Part shown: in pieces, positions 19,186-28,645 of the stretch
Layout of the letters: each line of letters opens with the position of its first letter
Numbering within the stretch: position 1 is the stretch's first letter
From: Candidatus Aminicenantes bacterium
GTDB lineage: Bacteria > Acidobacteriota > Aminicenantia > S016-38
Length of the DNA stretch: 64,000 bases
Assembly: GCA_026991555.1 (NCBI GenBank)
Contig: JALXBI010000044.1
Span: forward strand, 1,223-65,222
Direction: 5' to 3'
Program-made: the position numbers and the translations under genes
Notes under the pieces: generated by a model
What the model saw: only the letters and a program-made list of their open reading frames with translations
Database searches by the model: none
Told to the model about the DNA's origin: nothing

Positions 19186-21006
19186 ATGAAAAAACTTCTG
19201 GTTCTGCTCCTTTTGGGATTCCTTTCCTTCGCAGGAGGGGTTAAAAAGGAGAAGAAGGAAAAAAGGGAGAAAATCCTCAGGGAAGAGATTGTAGTTGTAG
19301 CGGAAAAAACCCGGGTGCCCCTGCTTTCCTTAGCTAATTCGGTGGAACTTCTTACCTCCCGGGACCTCAGGAGGTTTCAATCCCAGGACCTTAAGGAAGC
19401 CATGTTTCTTCTTCCTTCCACCTACACCCCGTCCTACAACACCCACGGAATTGTGGCCTCTACCTTCGTCCGGGGCGTTTCCTCCTCCAGGGGACTTTTT
19501 TCCCTGGAAGGAATTCCCCTGCTGGACCCCAATACTTATACCTTGCCCTTAGACACCATCCCCGCATTCTTCCTCTCCTCTGTAGAAACTGTGATGGGAC
19601 CCCAATCCAGTCTGTGGGGGGAAGGGGCCATGGGGTTTGCCACGTTCATGTCCCTGGACACTGAGCCCACATCCTCTTTCCGGGTAATGGCCGGAGGTAT
19701 GTCCACCCTCTCCTTAGAGGGAAAGGTAGGCTTAAGAGAGAACAATCTCTCCATGAAGGCCGGCTACAGTTATTTCAACACTGCAGGGGTTACGGAAAAC
19801 AATCGCTACAAGAGGAATTCTGTCTATTTCTCCTCTTCCTATTCCCTTTCCGGGATAAACTTCAAGCCCTTCGTAATTTACACCAATCAGCTGGGTTACA
19901 TTCCCTTTATCATGAGGGGAGTTCCTGCAAAGGACAGAAGGGCCAGGGACAAATTATTCCTGGCTTCCATCCCTGTAGTTCTTAAATTCAAGAAAATTCG
20001 TTTAACTCTCTCTCCGTTCTATTTCCAAAAATCCTACACCTTTACTGACCCTAACGACCCATGGGGCTTTACTAATTCTTCCACAATGGTAAAGTCAAAG
20101 GGGATTTTCGCTCAGGGAGAGATTCCCTTAAAGGAGGGATTTAGCCTGGTCTCAGGGCTGACATGGAGAAGGGAAAATCTGGAGTCAAAGAACAATTTCA
20201 TGATAAATTACCTTAACTTAACCCCCTCATATCTGGATTCCTGGATAAACCTGATTTATCACAATAAAAAACTCTTCCTTTCAGCAGGAGGAGGTTATTC
20301 CAGCTCCTCCGGATACGGGGGGAAATTTTCTCCTAAAATCGCCGGGGCCCTGTGGCTGGGAAAAAGGGTAAAGGTGAGGGCCTCCTATTCCAAGGGCCTG
20401 CGGTTCCCATCCCCATCGGAAACCACGGGACCGTGGGGAAATCCGAACCTTCTGCCGGAGCAGAGTGAGGGTTATGAGGGGGGTCTGGACTTCATCCCCG
20501 TAAACGGGCTGCTCCTCTCTATAACCGGCTTCAATACAAGGTTTACTGACCTGATAACCTTTGATTTCCCTTCCTGGAAATTTGCCAATGTGGGAAAGGC
20601 TGAAATCAAAGGGCTGGAATTTAAGGCTTCCGGCTCTGTAGAAAACACCCTGTTTTCCCTGTCTGTCCTGAACCTCTCCGCCAGGGATCTTGTAAAGGAC
20701 CAGGAACTTCTTCGCCGTCCTAAATGGCTGGTGAAATTTCTCGTGAGCAAAAACATCGCAACAAGGGCGACCGTATCCCTTTTCTTCGTCTACGTGGGCG
20801 AAAGGAAGGATTTTGACGACCAGACATGGCAAACCGTGGAAAACCCGGCCTACTATCTCCTTAACCTATCGGCAAAATATTCTCTCTGGAAAGGCATGAA
20901 AATCTTCCTCCGGGCTGACAACCTCCTCGACAAAAAATACGAGGACATTTTCGGCTACCCCTCCCCGGGAAGAACTGTCTATTCTGGTCTTGAATTTAAT
21001 TTTTAA
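19186..21006 (+). CDS. btuB: TonB-dependent outer-membrane receptor, BtuB-like (cobalamin)
   Basis: Signal peptide, TonB box (EEIVVVAEK), plug and 22-strand barrel length (606 aa), and a C-terminal aromatic terminus (LEFNF). It sits downstream of the B12 riboswitch. Confidence 0.8.
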   Translation: MKKLLVLLLLGFLSFAGGVKKEKKEKREKILREEIVVVAEKTRVPLLSLANSVELLTSRDLRRFQSQDLKEAMFLLPSTYTPSYNTHGIVASTFVRGVSSSRGLFSLEGIPLLDPNTYTLPLDTIPAFFLSSVETVMGPQSSLWGEGAMGFATFMSLDTEPTSSFRVMAGGMSTLSLEGKVGLRENNLSMKAGYSYFNTAGVTENNRYKRNSVYFSSSYSLSGINFKPFVIYTNQLGYIPFIMRGVPAKDRRARDKLFLASIPVVLKFKKIRLTLSPFYFQKSYTFTDPNDPWGFTNSSTMVKSKGIFAQGEIPLKEGFSLVSGLTWRRENLESKNNFMINYLNLTPSYLDSWINLIYHNKKLFLSAGGGYSSSSGYGGKFSPKIAGALWLGKRVKVRASYSKGLRFPSPSETTGPWGNPNLLPEQSEGYEGGLDFIPVNGLLLSITGFNTRFTDLITFDFPSWKFANVGKAEIKGLEFKASGSVENTLFSLSVLNLSARDLVKDQELLRRPKWLVKFLVSKNIATRATVSLFFVYVGERKDFDDQTWQTVENPAYYLLNLSAKYSLWKGMKIFLRADNLLDKKYEDIFGYPSPGRTVYSGLEFNF

Positions 21007-21791
21007 TGTTAGAAGTTCAGGGCATAAGGCTTGAAATGGGAGGAAGGGAGATCCTTAGGGGGGTCTCCCTCTCCCTTCCCTCCCCTTCCCTTTATTGCCT
21101 TATGGGACCCAACGGGGCCGGAAAATCCCTCCTTCTTGAAATCATTGCCGGGCTGAGAAAACCAACCTCCGGGAGGGTGGTCTGGAAGGGGAAGTCAATT
21201 TTAGAACTTCCACCGGCAGAAAGGGCAAGGAAACTGGGCCTTCTCCCCCAGAGGAGCGAGTTTTTCTCCCCTTTTCCCGTGGAGGAGGTGGTAAAAACCG
21301 GATGTTTCGCCAAGCGGGAATGCGACGCAGAAAGGGCCATGCAGGAAGCTGGGGTTCTTCATTTACGCTCCAGAGAATTTACCTCCCTGAGCGAGGGGGA
21401 GAGGAAACTGGTCCTTATAGCTAAGGTTCTGGCCCAGGGGACGGAGCTCCTGCTTCTGGATGAGCCCGCCTCCAACCTTGACCTTTCCAATCAGGTTAAA
21501 ATATACAGCCTTCTTTCTAAGATATCCCGGGAAAAGACCATCCTCACCACGGAGCACAATATATTCCTTTCAGGATTCTGCCGGAAGATTTTCTTTATAA
21601 AAAAGGGAGAAATAATCGACCAGGGAAGAACAGAGGAGGTAATGAATGCGGAAAACATTGAAAGGGTTTACGGTGCTTCTCCTGGTTTCCTTCCTTTTTC
21701 CCTTAACCCTGAAGGATTCCTTGGGAAGGAAGCACGTATTAAAGCCCCCGGTAAGGAGGCTGGTTTCCCTTTCTCCGGCCATAACCGATGA
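21006..21791 (+). CDS. ABC transporter ATP-binding protein, FecE/BtuD-like
   Basis: Walker A GPNGAGKSL, signature LSEGERK and Walker B LLLLDEPAS. The low-complexity C-tail overlaps the next gene by 145 nt. Confidence 0.8.
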   Translation: MLEVQGIRLEMGGREILRGVSLSLPSPSLYCLMGPNGAGKSLLLEIIAGLRKPTSGRVVWKGKSILELPPAERARKLGLLPQRSEFFSPFPVEEVVKTGCFAKRECDAERAMQEAGVLHLRSREFTSLSEGERKLVLIAKVLAQGTELLLLDEPASNLDLSNQVKIYSLLSKISREKTILTTEHNIFLSGFCRKIFFIKKGEIIDQGRTEEVMNAENIERVYGASPGFLPFSLNPEGFLGKEARIKAPGKEAGFPFSGHNR

Positions 21792-22458
21792 CCTTGTGGC
21801 AATAGGAGCGGAAAAACTAATAGTGGGAACCACCAGTTTCTCCCATATAAAAGGGGCAAAAAAACTGGGTGGAATCATTAATCCCAATATTGAGATGATT
21901 TTAGCCCTCAAACCTGACCTGGTTTTAGTTATGCAACCAACTCCCCTGAAACTTGTCTGGCAACTTGAATCCCTGGGCCTTGAGGTTTTTCCCATAAGGG
22001 AGCCGAGAAATCTCAGGGAAATTGCAGAGGTGGTTTTCCTTCTGGGGAAAATAACCGCCAGGGAGGGAAAAGCGAAAGCTGTGGGCCAGGAATTTTTGGA
22101 TAAGGTAAAACCCCTTCCTGTAAAAAAGGGGAAAATTTTCATAGGTTTTCCTTCCCCTCCCTTCTGGGCCGCCTGCAGGGAAACCTTCCTTGATGACCTC
22201 GCCCGAAGGGCAGGCTGGGAAAATGTCTGCAGGGGAAAGGGATGGAAGCCCGTGAGCGGAGAGGAAATCTTAGCCTCCAGCCCTGACCTTCTGGTAATCC
22301 CGGCCACAAGCCCACAAGGACCCTGGATAAGAAAATTCCCCTGGAGGAAACTGGAATCGGTTAAAAAAGGGAGAGTTCTCGCCTTTCCCCCTGACCTTCT
22401 TCTCCGCCCCACAGTTTCCTTAGCAGAGGTTTTTGAAAAACTGGCAGAATACAGATGA
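21646..22458 (+). CDS. Periplasmic substrate-binding protein, BtuF/FecB family
   Basis: Signal peptide MRKTLKGFTVLLLVSFLFPL, then RRLVSLSPAITDDLVAIGA (compare BtuF RVITLSPANTE) and a class III SBP layout. Confidence 0.7.
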   Translation: MRKTLKGFTVLLLVSFLFPLTLKDSLGRKHVLKPPVRRLVSLSPAITDDLVAIGAEKLIVGTTSFSHIKGAKKLGGIINPNIEMILALKPDLVLVMQPTPLKLVWQLESLGLEVFPIREPRNLREIAEVVFLLGKITAREGKAKAVGQEFLDKVKPLPVKKGKIFIGFPSPPFWAACRETFLDDLARRAGWENVCRGKGWKPVSGEEILASSPDLLVIPATSPQGPWIRKFPWRKLESVKKGRVLAFPPDLLLRPTVSLAEVFEKLAEYR

Positions 22459-23351
22459 TCTGGTTGATTTTAATTTTGAGTTTTGCCGTTTATCTTCTTT
22501 CAGGACCTGGAACCCCCAGTTTCCCAATTTTAAGTTACCGTTTTTTCAGGGGAGTTTTCGCCCTTATCTCAGGGGCCTATCTTTCCGCCTCAGGGGTTCT
22601 CCTTCAGGCAGTTTTCAACAATCCATTGGTGGAGCCTTACATCCTGGGGGTTTCCGCCGGGGCATCCACAGGGGCCCTCTTGGCCATCTATTTTCTCGCC
22701 CTTTCTTCCCCCCTGTGGGTATCTGGCCTTTCGTTTCTTTCTGCAGTGGCCTGCGTGGGCCTTGTTTTTCTCATCTCGGTAAAACTACATCCCTCAAGGG
22801 AAACCCTGCTTCTTGTGGGGCTTTCCATGGGAGCCTTTTTAACCGCCATAAATTCAATAATAATGCTGATTAAAAGTCAGAACCCCACCTCTGATTTAGT
22901 ATTCTGGCTCCTTGGAAGCCTTTCAGGAATAAACCGGGAGGAAGTTCTAATACTTATCCTCGGGTTGCCTTTTCTCGTATTCTCATTATTCCTTCACCGG
23001 CGCCTGGACCTTCTCCTCTGGGGAAGGGAGGCCGAGGCCATGGGACTTGCCCTCTGGGAAACCAGGGCCCTGGTTCTTGTAATATCCACAGTGCTTGCTG
23101 CTATAGTGGTATCCGAGGCAGGGGTTATTGGGTTCGTGGGCCTAATTTCCCCTCACATAGCAAGGAGGCTCTGGGGTTATCCCCATAGGAAACTCCTCCC
23201 AGGGGCCTTGGGCATAGGTGCCTTAGTTCTGCTCCTTTCTGACCTTCTCTCCAGGGTTCTCCTTTCTCCCTGGGAACTCCCTGTAGGCCTTATAACTGCC
23301 CTTATTGGCGCCCCACTCTTCCTCTATTTGACCCTCAGGAAATTTCAATGA
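22455..23351 (+). CDS. ABC transporter permease, FecCD/BtuC family
   Basis: About nine TM helices with conserved FecCD glycine-rich segments (ILGVSAGASTGA; LITALIGAPLFLYL). Confidence 0.75.
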   Translation: MIWLILILSFAVYLLSGPGTPSFPILSYRFFRGVFALISGAYLSASGVLLQAVFNNPLVEPYILGVSAGASTGALLAIYFLALSSPLWVSGLSFLSAVACVGLVFLISVKLHPSRETLLLVGLSMGAFLTAINSIIMLIKSQNPTSDLVFWLLGSLSGINREEVLILILGLPFLVFSLFLHRRLDLLLWGREAEAMGLALWETRALVLVISTVLAAIVVSEAGVIGFVGLISPHIARRLWGYPHRKLLPGALGIGALVLLLSDLLSRVLLSPWELPVGLITALIGAPLFLYLTLRKFQ

Positions 23352-23435
23352 GCGGAAGGCTTCCCGATTTTGGTTCTTTTTCCATTCTGGTAAAATTGAA
23401 CTGGCAGGATGGCTTGGCTATAAGGGAGGAGAAAA

Positions 23436-24029
23436 ATGAGAAGGAAAATAATTATTCTGTTCATAGCCGCCATTGCTCTTTTTTGCAGGGAACTTCCCCC
23501 AGGCTACCGCTACACCCTCTCCTTAGGCTTGGCAGAAGAGTATTCCAGCGAGGATTCAAAGACCATCTACGACGACTGGCCAAAACCCATTTTCTCCTTC
23601 GGAATAGAAAAGAGGCGCTCGCCTAAAACCTCCTGGACTTTAGAAGCTGAGGCAAGGCCCTTCAGGATAAAGAGGGTAAGCTGTGAAAATCTTGAGCGTG
23701 GATTTGACGTTGACATAACGGAATATTTCTTTACCTATTCCTACAAGAGATTGATAAACATTTCAGGGATAAATTTTTATGCAAGGGGTTATGTGGGCTT
23801 GGCGTTTACTAACTTCTTTGAAAAGGACACGAGGATTCCCCCTCCCTCCGTGGCCCAAGACGAATACCTTAATATAGGCGCTCATGCAGGGGTTGGAATG
23901 GGGGTGGTGGTTTTAAGGGCCCCCTGGGAGATGAATTTTGAGGTTTTCGTAAGGTGGATAGCAACAGCCCTGCCAGATGGGTATGGGACTAATTTCTTCG
24001 GGGCAAAACTGGGATTTTCCTTCAGGTAA
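23436..24029 (+). CDS. Small secreted beta-barrel outer-membrane protein, copy A
   Basis: Signal peptide, alternating hydrophobic/aromatic beta-strand pattern, 197 aa, and a C-terminal ...KLGFSFR. It is 97% identical to 24688..25281. Confidence 0.45.
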   Translation: MRRKIIILFIAAIALFCRELPPGYRYTLSLGLAEEYSSEDSKTIYDDWPKPIFSFGIEKRRSPKTSWTLEAEARPFRIKRVSCENLERGFDVDITEYFFTYSYKRLINISGINFYARGYVGLAFTNFFEKDTRIPPPSVAQDEYLNIGAHAGVGMGVVVLRAPWEMNFEVFVRWIATALPDGYGTNFFGAKLGFSFR

Positions 24030-24035
24030 GGAGGG
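23436..24035 (+). repeat. Direct repeat unit 1 (about 600 bp, CDS-length) of a near-identical tandem duplication
   Basis: Nucleotide alignment by eye with 24688..25287 shows only scattered mismatches, while the flanking sequences are unrelated. Confidence 0.8.
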
Positions 24036-24076
24036 CGAAATTTCTTGGGATTAAAATAATATGAAGAGAGATAGAA

Positions 24077-24682
24077 ATGAAGGGAAGGTTTCTCCTTTTT
24101 GTGTTTATTTTTGTGATGATAGATATGGTTTTCGGGAAGAGTTTTTATGAGGTTTCGGCCGGGCTCTCTCAAACCTATACCTGGAGTTGTTGTGAAGGGA
24201 GATGGGGTCAGGCGCCTCTTCCATTTTTCTCCCTGGGAATAGGGAATGCCACAGAAAAGGACGGAATTTCTCTGCTATTTCAGGTCCAGCCTCTCCCTAT
24301 GAAAAACAGTATTCGCGATGGGGAATTCCAATTACCGGATGGAAGCATAAAAATAATAGACGAGGATTATAAGAGGACTTGCCTTCTCCTTGGCTCTTAC
24401 AGAACTCTTATCTTCTGGAAAGTTTTCTTGAGGCTCTATCTGGGAATATCCGAAGTTTTAGTCCACGGGTCTGTGAGCATAAAGGGGAAGGGAATAGTTC
24501 ACCAATACAACTCCGAGGAATTTGGAATCACAGCAGGAGGGGGATTAGCCTTCCCTATAGGAAGAAAATCCAAGACCTTTTTCTATACAGAGATTTTTGC
24601 CCTTCATACAGAAATCCTGAGTTTGGGAGAAAAAAGCTTTCCCCAGATTCTCCTGGGCATTAGAGTTTCTGCGGAATTTTAG
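24077..24682 (+). CDS. Small secreted beta-barrel outer-membrane protein, divergent paralog
   Basis: Signal peptide, similar size (201 aa) and beta-pattern, and a C-terminal aromatic ...VSAEF. It lies between the two near-identical copies. Confidence 0.4.
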   Translation: MKGRFLLFVFIFVMIDMVFGKSFYEVSAGLSQTYTWSCCEGRWGQAPLPFFSLGIGNATEKDGISLLFQVQPLPMKNSIRDGEFQLPDGSIKIIDEDYKRTCLLLGSYRTLIFWKVFLRLYLGISEVLVHGSVSIKGKGIVHQYNSEEFGITAGGGLAFPIGRKSKTFFYTEIFALHTEILSLGEKSFPQILLGIRVSAEF

Positions 24683-24687
24683 GAAAA

Positions 24688-25281
24688 ATGAGAAAGAAAA
24701 TAATTATTCTGTTCATAGGAGCCATTGCTCTTTTTTGCAGGGAACTTCCTCAGGGCTACCGCTACACCCTCTCCTTAGGCTTGGCAGAAGAGTATTCCAG
24801 CGAGGACTCAAAGACCATCTACGACGACTGGCCAAAACCCATTTTCTCCTTCGGAATAGAAAAGAGGCACTCGCCTAAAACCTCCTGGACTTTAGAAGCT
24901 GAGGCAAGGCCCTTCAGGATAAAGAGGGTAAGCTGTGAAAATCTTGAGCGTGGACTTGACGTTGACATAACGGAATATTTCTTTACCTATTCCTACAAGA
25001 GATTGATAAACATTTCAGGGATAAATTTTTACGCAAGGGGTTATGTGGGCTTGGCGTTTACCAACTTCTTTGAAAAGGACACGAGGATTCCCCCTCCCTC
25101 CGTGGCTCAAGACGAATACCTTAATATAGGCGCTCATGCAGGGATTGGAATGGGGGTGGTGGTTTTGAGGCCCCCCTGGGAGATGAATTTTGAGGTTTTC
25201 GTAAGGTGGATAGCAACAGCCCTGCCAGATGGGTATGGGACTAATTTCTTCGGGGCAAAACTGGGATTTTCCTTCAGGTAA
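24688..25281 (+). CDS. Small secreted beta-barrel outer-membrane protein, copy B
   Basis: Differs from copy A at about 6 of 197 residues. The nucleotide identity begins at the ATG and ends a few nt after the stop. Confidence 0.45.
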   Translation: MRKKIIILFIGAIALFCRELPQGYRYTLSLGLAEEYSSEDSKTIYDDWPKPIFSFGIEKRHSPKTSWTLEAEARPFRIKRVSCENLERGLDVDITEYFFTYSYKRLINISGINFYARGYVGLAFTNFFEKDTRIPPPSVAQDEYLNIGAHAGIGMGVVVLRPPWEMNFEVFVRWIATALPDGYGTNFFGAKLGFSFR

Positions 25282-25287
25282 GGCTAA
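24688..25287 (+). repeat. Direct repeat unit 2 of the tandem duplication
   Basis: See unit 1; the two units are 1252 bp apart. Confidence 0.8.
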
Positions 25288-25322
25288 TTTAAGTTTTTTG
25301 AACACCCCCTAATTCCTTACCC

Positions 25323-25754
25323 TCAGGAAATTTCAATGATTTCGTATTCGGTCTCAATGGGAACCGAACCTCTGAGCATGGCGGTCACAGGACAATACTT
25401 GTTCTGGGAAAGGTATATGGACCTTTCCACAGCATCCTTGGATATATTCTTTCCTTCAAACACGAATTTCAGTCTTATTTTTGTGTAAACCTTGGGATGC
25501 TCCTCTGCCCTCTCGCCTTCTGCCTCAACCCAGAAACCCCTAAGGTCCTGCCTTTTCTTTTTCATAATGGAAATAACATCCATGCCTGTGCAGGAAGCCA
25601 GGGAAATAAGAAGAAGTTCCATGGGCTGAGGCCCCTGATTCAAACCAGCAACATCGGGCATCTGGTCCACCACTATGGCATGCCCGCTTCCACTTCTTCC
25701 CACCATCTGCAGGCCCTCAACCATTTTTACTACTACTTTCTTTATCTCTGCCAT
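25323..25754 (-). CDS. OsmC/Ohr-family peroxiredoxin-like protein
   Basis: OsmC signature with two Cys (LLISLASCTGMDV ... NKYCPV). The start is set at MAEIKK, giving 143 aa; the ORF caller starts at 25847. Confidence 0.7.
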   Translation of the reverse strand: MAEIKKVVVKMVEGLQMVGRSGSGHAIVVDQMPDVAGLNQGPQPMELLLISLASCTGMDVISIMKKKRQDLRGFWVEAEGERAEEHPKVYTKIRLKFVFEGKNISKDAVERSIYLSQNKYCPVTAMLRGSVPIETEYEIIEIS

Positions 25755-25888
25755 GTTTACCTCCTGGTCGTAATATTTATCTAAAATTTTATCAATTTGA
25801 TAGGAAATTTCAAGGGCATCCCTACCGCATATTTGAAAAAAATTCAATGAAGGAATATAATTTTTTGCCTTTATAGGAGGTTGAAATA

Positions 25889-26173
25889 ATGGGAAATGTC
25901 ATTGAAGAACTTAACATTGAAATTCGCAAAAGAAGGAAAAAGCCCTACAACAAGGGGGCGGAAATAATCATAAACCCGGAGCTTTGCAAAAGCTGCGCCC
26001 TCTGTGTCTTCGTTTGTCCCACCGGGGTTTTGGAAATGGTGGAAAACAAGAAGAACATATACAATTATTCAGCAGAAGCCGTAGCTCCTGAATACTGCAC
26101 CCTCTGCAATTTCTGCGTTTACCAGTGCCCGGATTTTGCCATAGAGATAAGGAAAAAGGAGGAGAAAAAATGA
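25889..26173 (+). CDS. 2-oxoacid:ferredoxin oxidoreductase delta subunit (2x[4Fe-4S] ferredoxin)
   Basis: Two CxxCxxCxxxCP motifs (CKSCALCVFVCP, CTLCNFCVYQCP); 94 aa. It is translationally coupled to the alpha subunit. Confidence 0.75.
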   Translation: MGNVIEELNIEIRKRRKKPYNKGAEIIINPELCKSCALCVFVCPTGVLEMVENKKNIYNYSAEAVAPEYCTLCNFCVYQCPDFAIEIRKKEEKK

Positions 26174-27297
26174 AAAGGGTGGTTATGCCGGGAAACGAAA
26201 CCGTGGCCCACGCCGCCGTTGCCGCAGGATGTCGTTTCTATGCAGGATATCCCATAACCCCTTCATCTGAACTGGCAGCCGAAATGTCAAAACTCCTTCC
26301 TAAGGTGGGGGGAAAATTCATCCAGATGGAGGACGAGATTGCCTCCATGGCCGCTGCCATTGGGGCCTCTGTGGCTGGTTACAAGGCGATGACCGCCACT
26401 TCTGGGCCTGGATTTTCCCTGAAGCAGGAGCACATCGGCCTTGCCTGTATGATGGAGGTTCCCGTGGTAATAGTAAACGTGATGAGGGGAGGCCCCTCCA
26501 CAGGTCTTCCCACCCATCCTGCCCAGGGGGATGTGATGCAGGCCCGGTGGGGAACCCACGGAGACCATCCCATAATTGCCCTGGCCCCTGCATTTCCCAC
26601 GGAGATATACATGGAAACCATAAGGGCCTTCAACTTAGCGGAAAGGTTCCGCAACCCTGTGATTCTCCTCCTGGACGAAATCCTTGCCCATACCTACGAG
26701 GTGGTGGACATTCCTGAACCCGAAGAAATAGAACTGGTGGAGAGGAAACTCCCCCCTTCAGGGCTAAACCGCCTGGACTTCTACACCTACCAGAGAAAGG
26801 AAGGGGACCCACCCCTTCTTCCCAATTTCTTCCAGGGCTACAATTTCCACTTTGAAAGCCTTGCCCACGACGAGATGGGATTTCCCACCACCGATCCTGA
26901 AAAGGTTGCCTATATTTCCCGCCTGAGGGAGGCGAAGATAGAAAAACACAGGGAAGAAATATGGAAGAACGACGAATATATGCTTGAGGATGCGGAAATA
27001 GTTATCTTTGCCTACGGGTCCGTGGCAAGATCCGCCAAGGAAGCGATTAACCGGCTCCGCTCTGAAGGGATAAAGGTGGGCCTCTTCAGGCCCATAACCC
27101 TCTGGCCCTTTCCCCACCAGCCCCTTAGAAAGGCTGTCGGGGAAAGAAAGGTGCTGGTAGCTGAAATGAACTTAGGGCAGATGGTTTACGAGGTGGAGAG
27201 AGCCCTGAGGAGGGATGTTTTTACCCTATTTAAAGCCGATGGAACGCCTATAAGTCCTGTAGAATTCATGGATAAAATTAAGGGGGAACTCATATGA
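26170..27297 (+). CDS. 2-oxoacid:ferredoxin oxidoreductase alpha subunit
   Basis: POR/KOR alpha domain (AGYPITPSSE ... GGPSTGLPT), about 375 aa. An ATGA overlap with the delta stop supports the start at 26170. Confidence 0.8.
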   Translation: MKRVVMPGNETVAHAAVAAGCRFYAGYPITPSSELAAEMSKLLPKVGGKFIQMEDEIASMAAAIGASVAGYKAMTATSGPGFSLKQEHIGLACMMEVPVVIVNVMRGGPSTGLPTHPAQGDVMQARWGTHGDHPIIALAPAFPTEIYMETIRAFNLAERFRNPVILLLDEILAHTYEVVDIPEPEEIELVERKLPPSGLNRLDFYTYQRKEGDPPLLPNFFQGYNFHFESLAHDEMGFPTTDPEKVAYISRLREAKIEKHREEIWKNDEYMLEDAEIVIFAYGSVARSAKEAINRLRSEGIKVGLFRPITLWPFPHQPLRKAVGERKVLVAEMNLGQMVYEVERALRRDVFTLFKADGTPISPVEFMDKIKGELI

Positions 27298-28109
27298 GTT
27301 ATATGGATTATGTTAGAACCTTCAAACTTCCCCATTCCTGGTGTCCTGGATGCGGAATAGGCACCATAATGCAGGCCATAGTAAGGGCCTTTGATGCTTT
27401 AGGATGGAGGAACGAGGACATTGCCTTTATAACAGGAATAGGTTGTTCGGGGAGAATGTCCACATACATTAACACCAACTCCATGCACACAACCCACGGA
27501 AGACCCTTAGCCTTCGCCACGGGGGTTAAACTGGCCCGACCTGATAAACATGTGGTGGTGGTAAGCGGAGACGGAGATGCCTTAGCCATAGGGGGAAACC
27601 ACTTCATTCATGCGGCAAGAAGAAACATTGACATTAAATTAATAATCATAAACAACTCCGTCTACGGAATGACAGGAGGGCAGGTTTCTCCCACCACCCC
27701 CCAGATGTTCAGAACCCAGACCACCCCTTACGGAAACATTGAGCCCAATTTTGATGTGGTAAAACTGGCCATTGCTGCAGGGGCCACCTTCGTAGCCAGG
27801 GAATCGGTAACCAGGCCCAGAAACCTCGAAAAGGTCATAGAGAAATCCTTCCTCCACAAGGGGTTTTCCGTGGTGGAAGCCATATCCAACTGTCACATAA
27901 ACCTGGGAAGGAGAAACAAGCTCAAGGACCAGATTACCATGCTCCGCTGGATAAACGACAGGATAATTCCCATGAATGTGGCCAAGAGAAAAAGCCCTGA
28001 GGAGATAAAGGACAAGATAATCCTGGGTGTGTTCCACGAGGACAAGGAAAGGGAGGAATATACCCAGCTTTACGAAAAATTAGTGGAAAGGGTAAGGGGG
28101 AGTAAATGA
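27294..28109 (+). CDS. 2-oxoacid:ferredoxin oxidoreductase beta subunit (TPP-binding)
   Basis: TPP-binding GDGD motif (VVVSGDGDALAIGGNHFIH) and the Cys-rich N-terminus WCPGCG. Confidence 0.85.
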   Translation: MSYMDYVRTFKLPHSWCPGCGIGTIMQAIVRAFDALGWRNEDIAFITGIGCSGRMSTYINTNSMHTTHGRPLAFATGVKLARPDKHVVVVSGDGDALAIGGNHFIHAARRNIDIKLIIINNSVYGMTGGQVSPTTPQMFRTQTTPYGNIEPNFDVVKLAIAAGATFVARESVTRPRNLEKVIEKSFLHKGFSVVEAISNCHINLGRRNKLKDQITMLRWINDRIIPMNVAKRKSPEEIKDKIILGVFHEDKEREEYTQLYEKLVERVRGSK

Positions 28110-28645
28110 AGGAGATCAATCACTACGAACTTCGTTTCAGTGCCATCGGGGGCCAGGGAATAATAACCGCAGGAGCCATGTTGGCAGAGGCTGTAGTTCA
28201 ATACAAGGGCCTTTATGCCATACATAGTCCCAGATACACCGCCCAGGTAAGAGGCGGCCCCACCAAGGTGGATGTGGTAATAGACAAGAATCCCATCAAT
28301 TTTCCCAAAACCACCAATGTGGACTACTATCTTTCCACCAGTGAAAAATCCTTCAGAACCTATTTCCAGGATATAAAACCCGGGGCCATTATAGTGCTGG
28401 ATTCCAACCTTGTGGAAGAATTCAACGATCCCAAATACAGGGTTTACAGAATCCCTCTCATAGAGACCGCAGCCAAGGAAATCGGAAATGTGGTAACCGT
28501 CTCCACCCTGAGCTTAGCGGTTACCGCAAAATTAACCGGGCTTTTAACCTTGGAAGAGCTTGAGGATTTTATCCCCAAAAGGGTTCCCAAGGGCTACGAG
28601 GAGATAAATCTAAAGGCAGTCCGCTTAGGGTATTCCTTGGTGTGA
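28106..28645 (+). CDS. 2-oxoacid:ferredoxin oxidoreductase gamma subunit
   Basis: POR gamma family (RFSAIGGQGIITAG), 179 aa. Confidence 0.8.
   Translation: MKEINHYELRFSAIGGQGIITAGAMLAEAVVQYKGLYAIHSPRYTAQVRGGPTKVDVVIDKNPINFPKTTNVDYYLSTSEKSFRTYFQDIKPGAIIVLDSNLVEEFNDPKYRVYRIPLIETAAKEIGNVVTVSTLSLAVTAKLTGLLTLEELEDFIPKRVPKGYEEINLKAVRLGYSLV

Noticed and set aside
21747-21791. Low-complexity C-terminal tail of the ABC ATPase as a functional extension
   Set aside because: It is the alternate-frame reading of the BtuF-like signal-peptide region. It is treated as an overlap or possible indel, not a domain.
23403-23425. Sigma-54-like -24/-12 element (TGGCAGgatggcTTGGC) upstream of OMP copy A
   Set aside because: The GG/GC spacing is off by one, the -12 element reads TTGG not TTGC, and it would place the TSS within 10 nt of the ATG. 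Too weak to call.
25282-25322. Possible bidirectional terminator between OMP copy B and the convergent OsmC gene
   Set aside because: No convincing GC stem-loop could be folded in the 42-nt gap.
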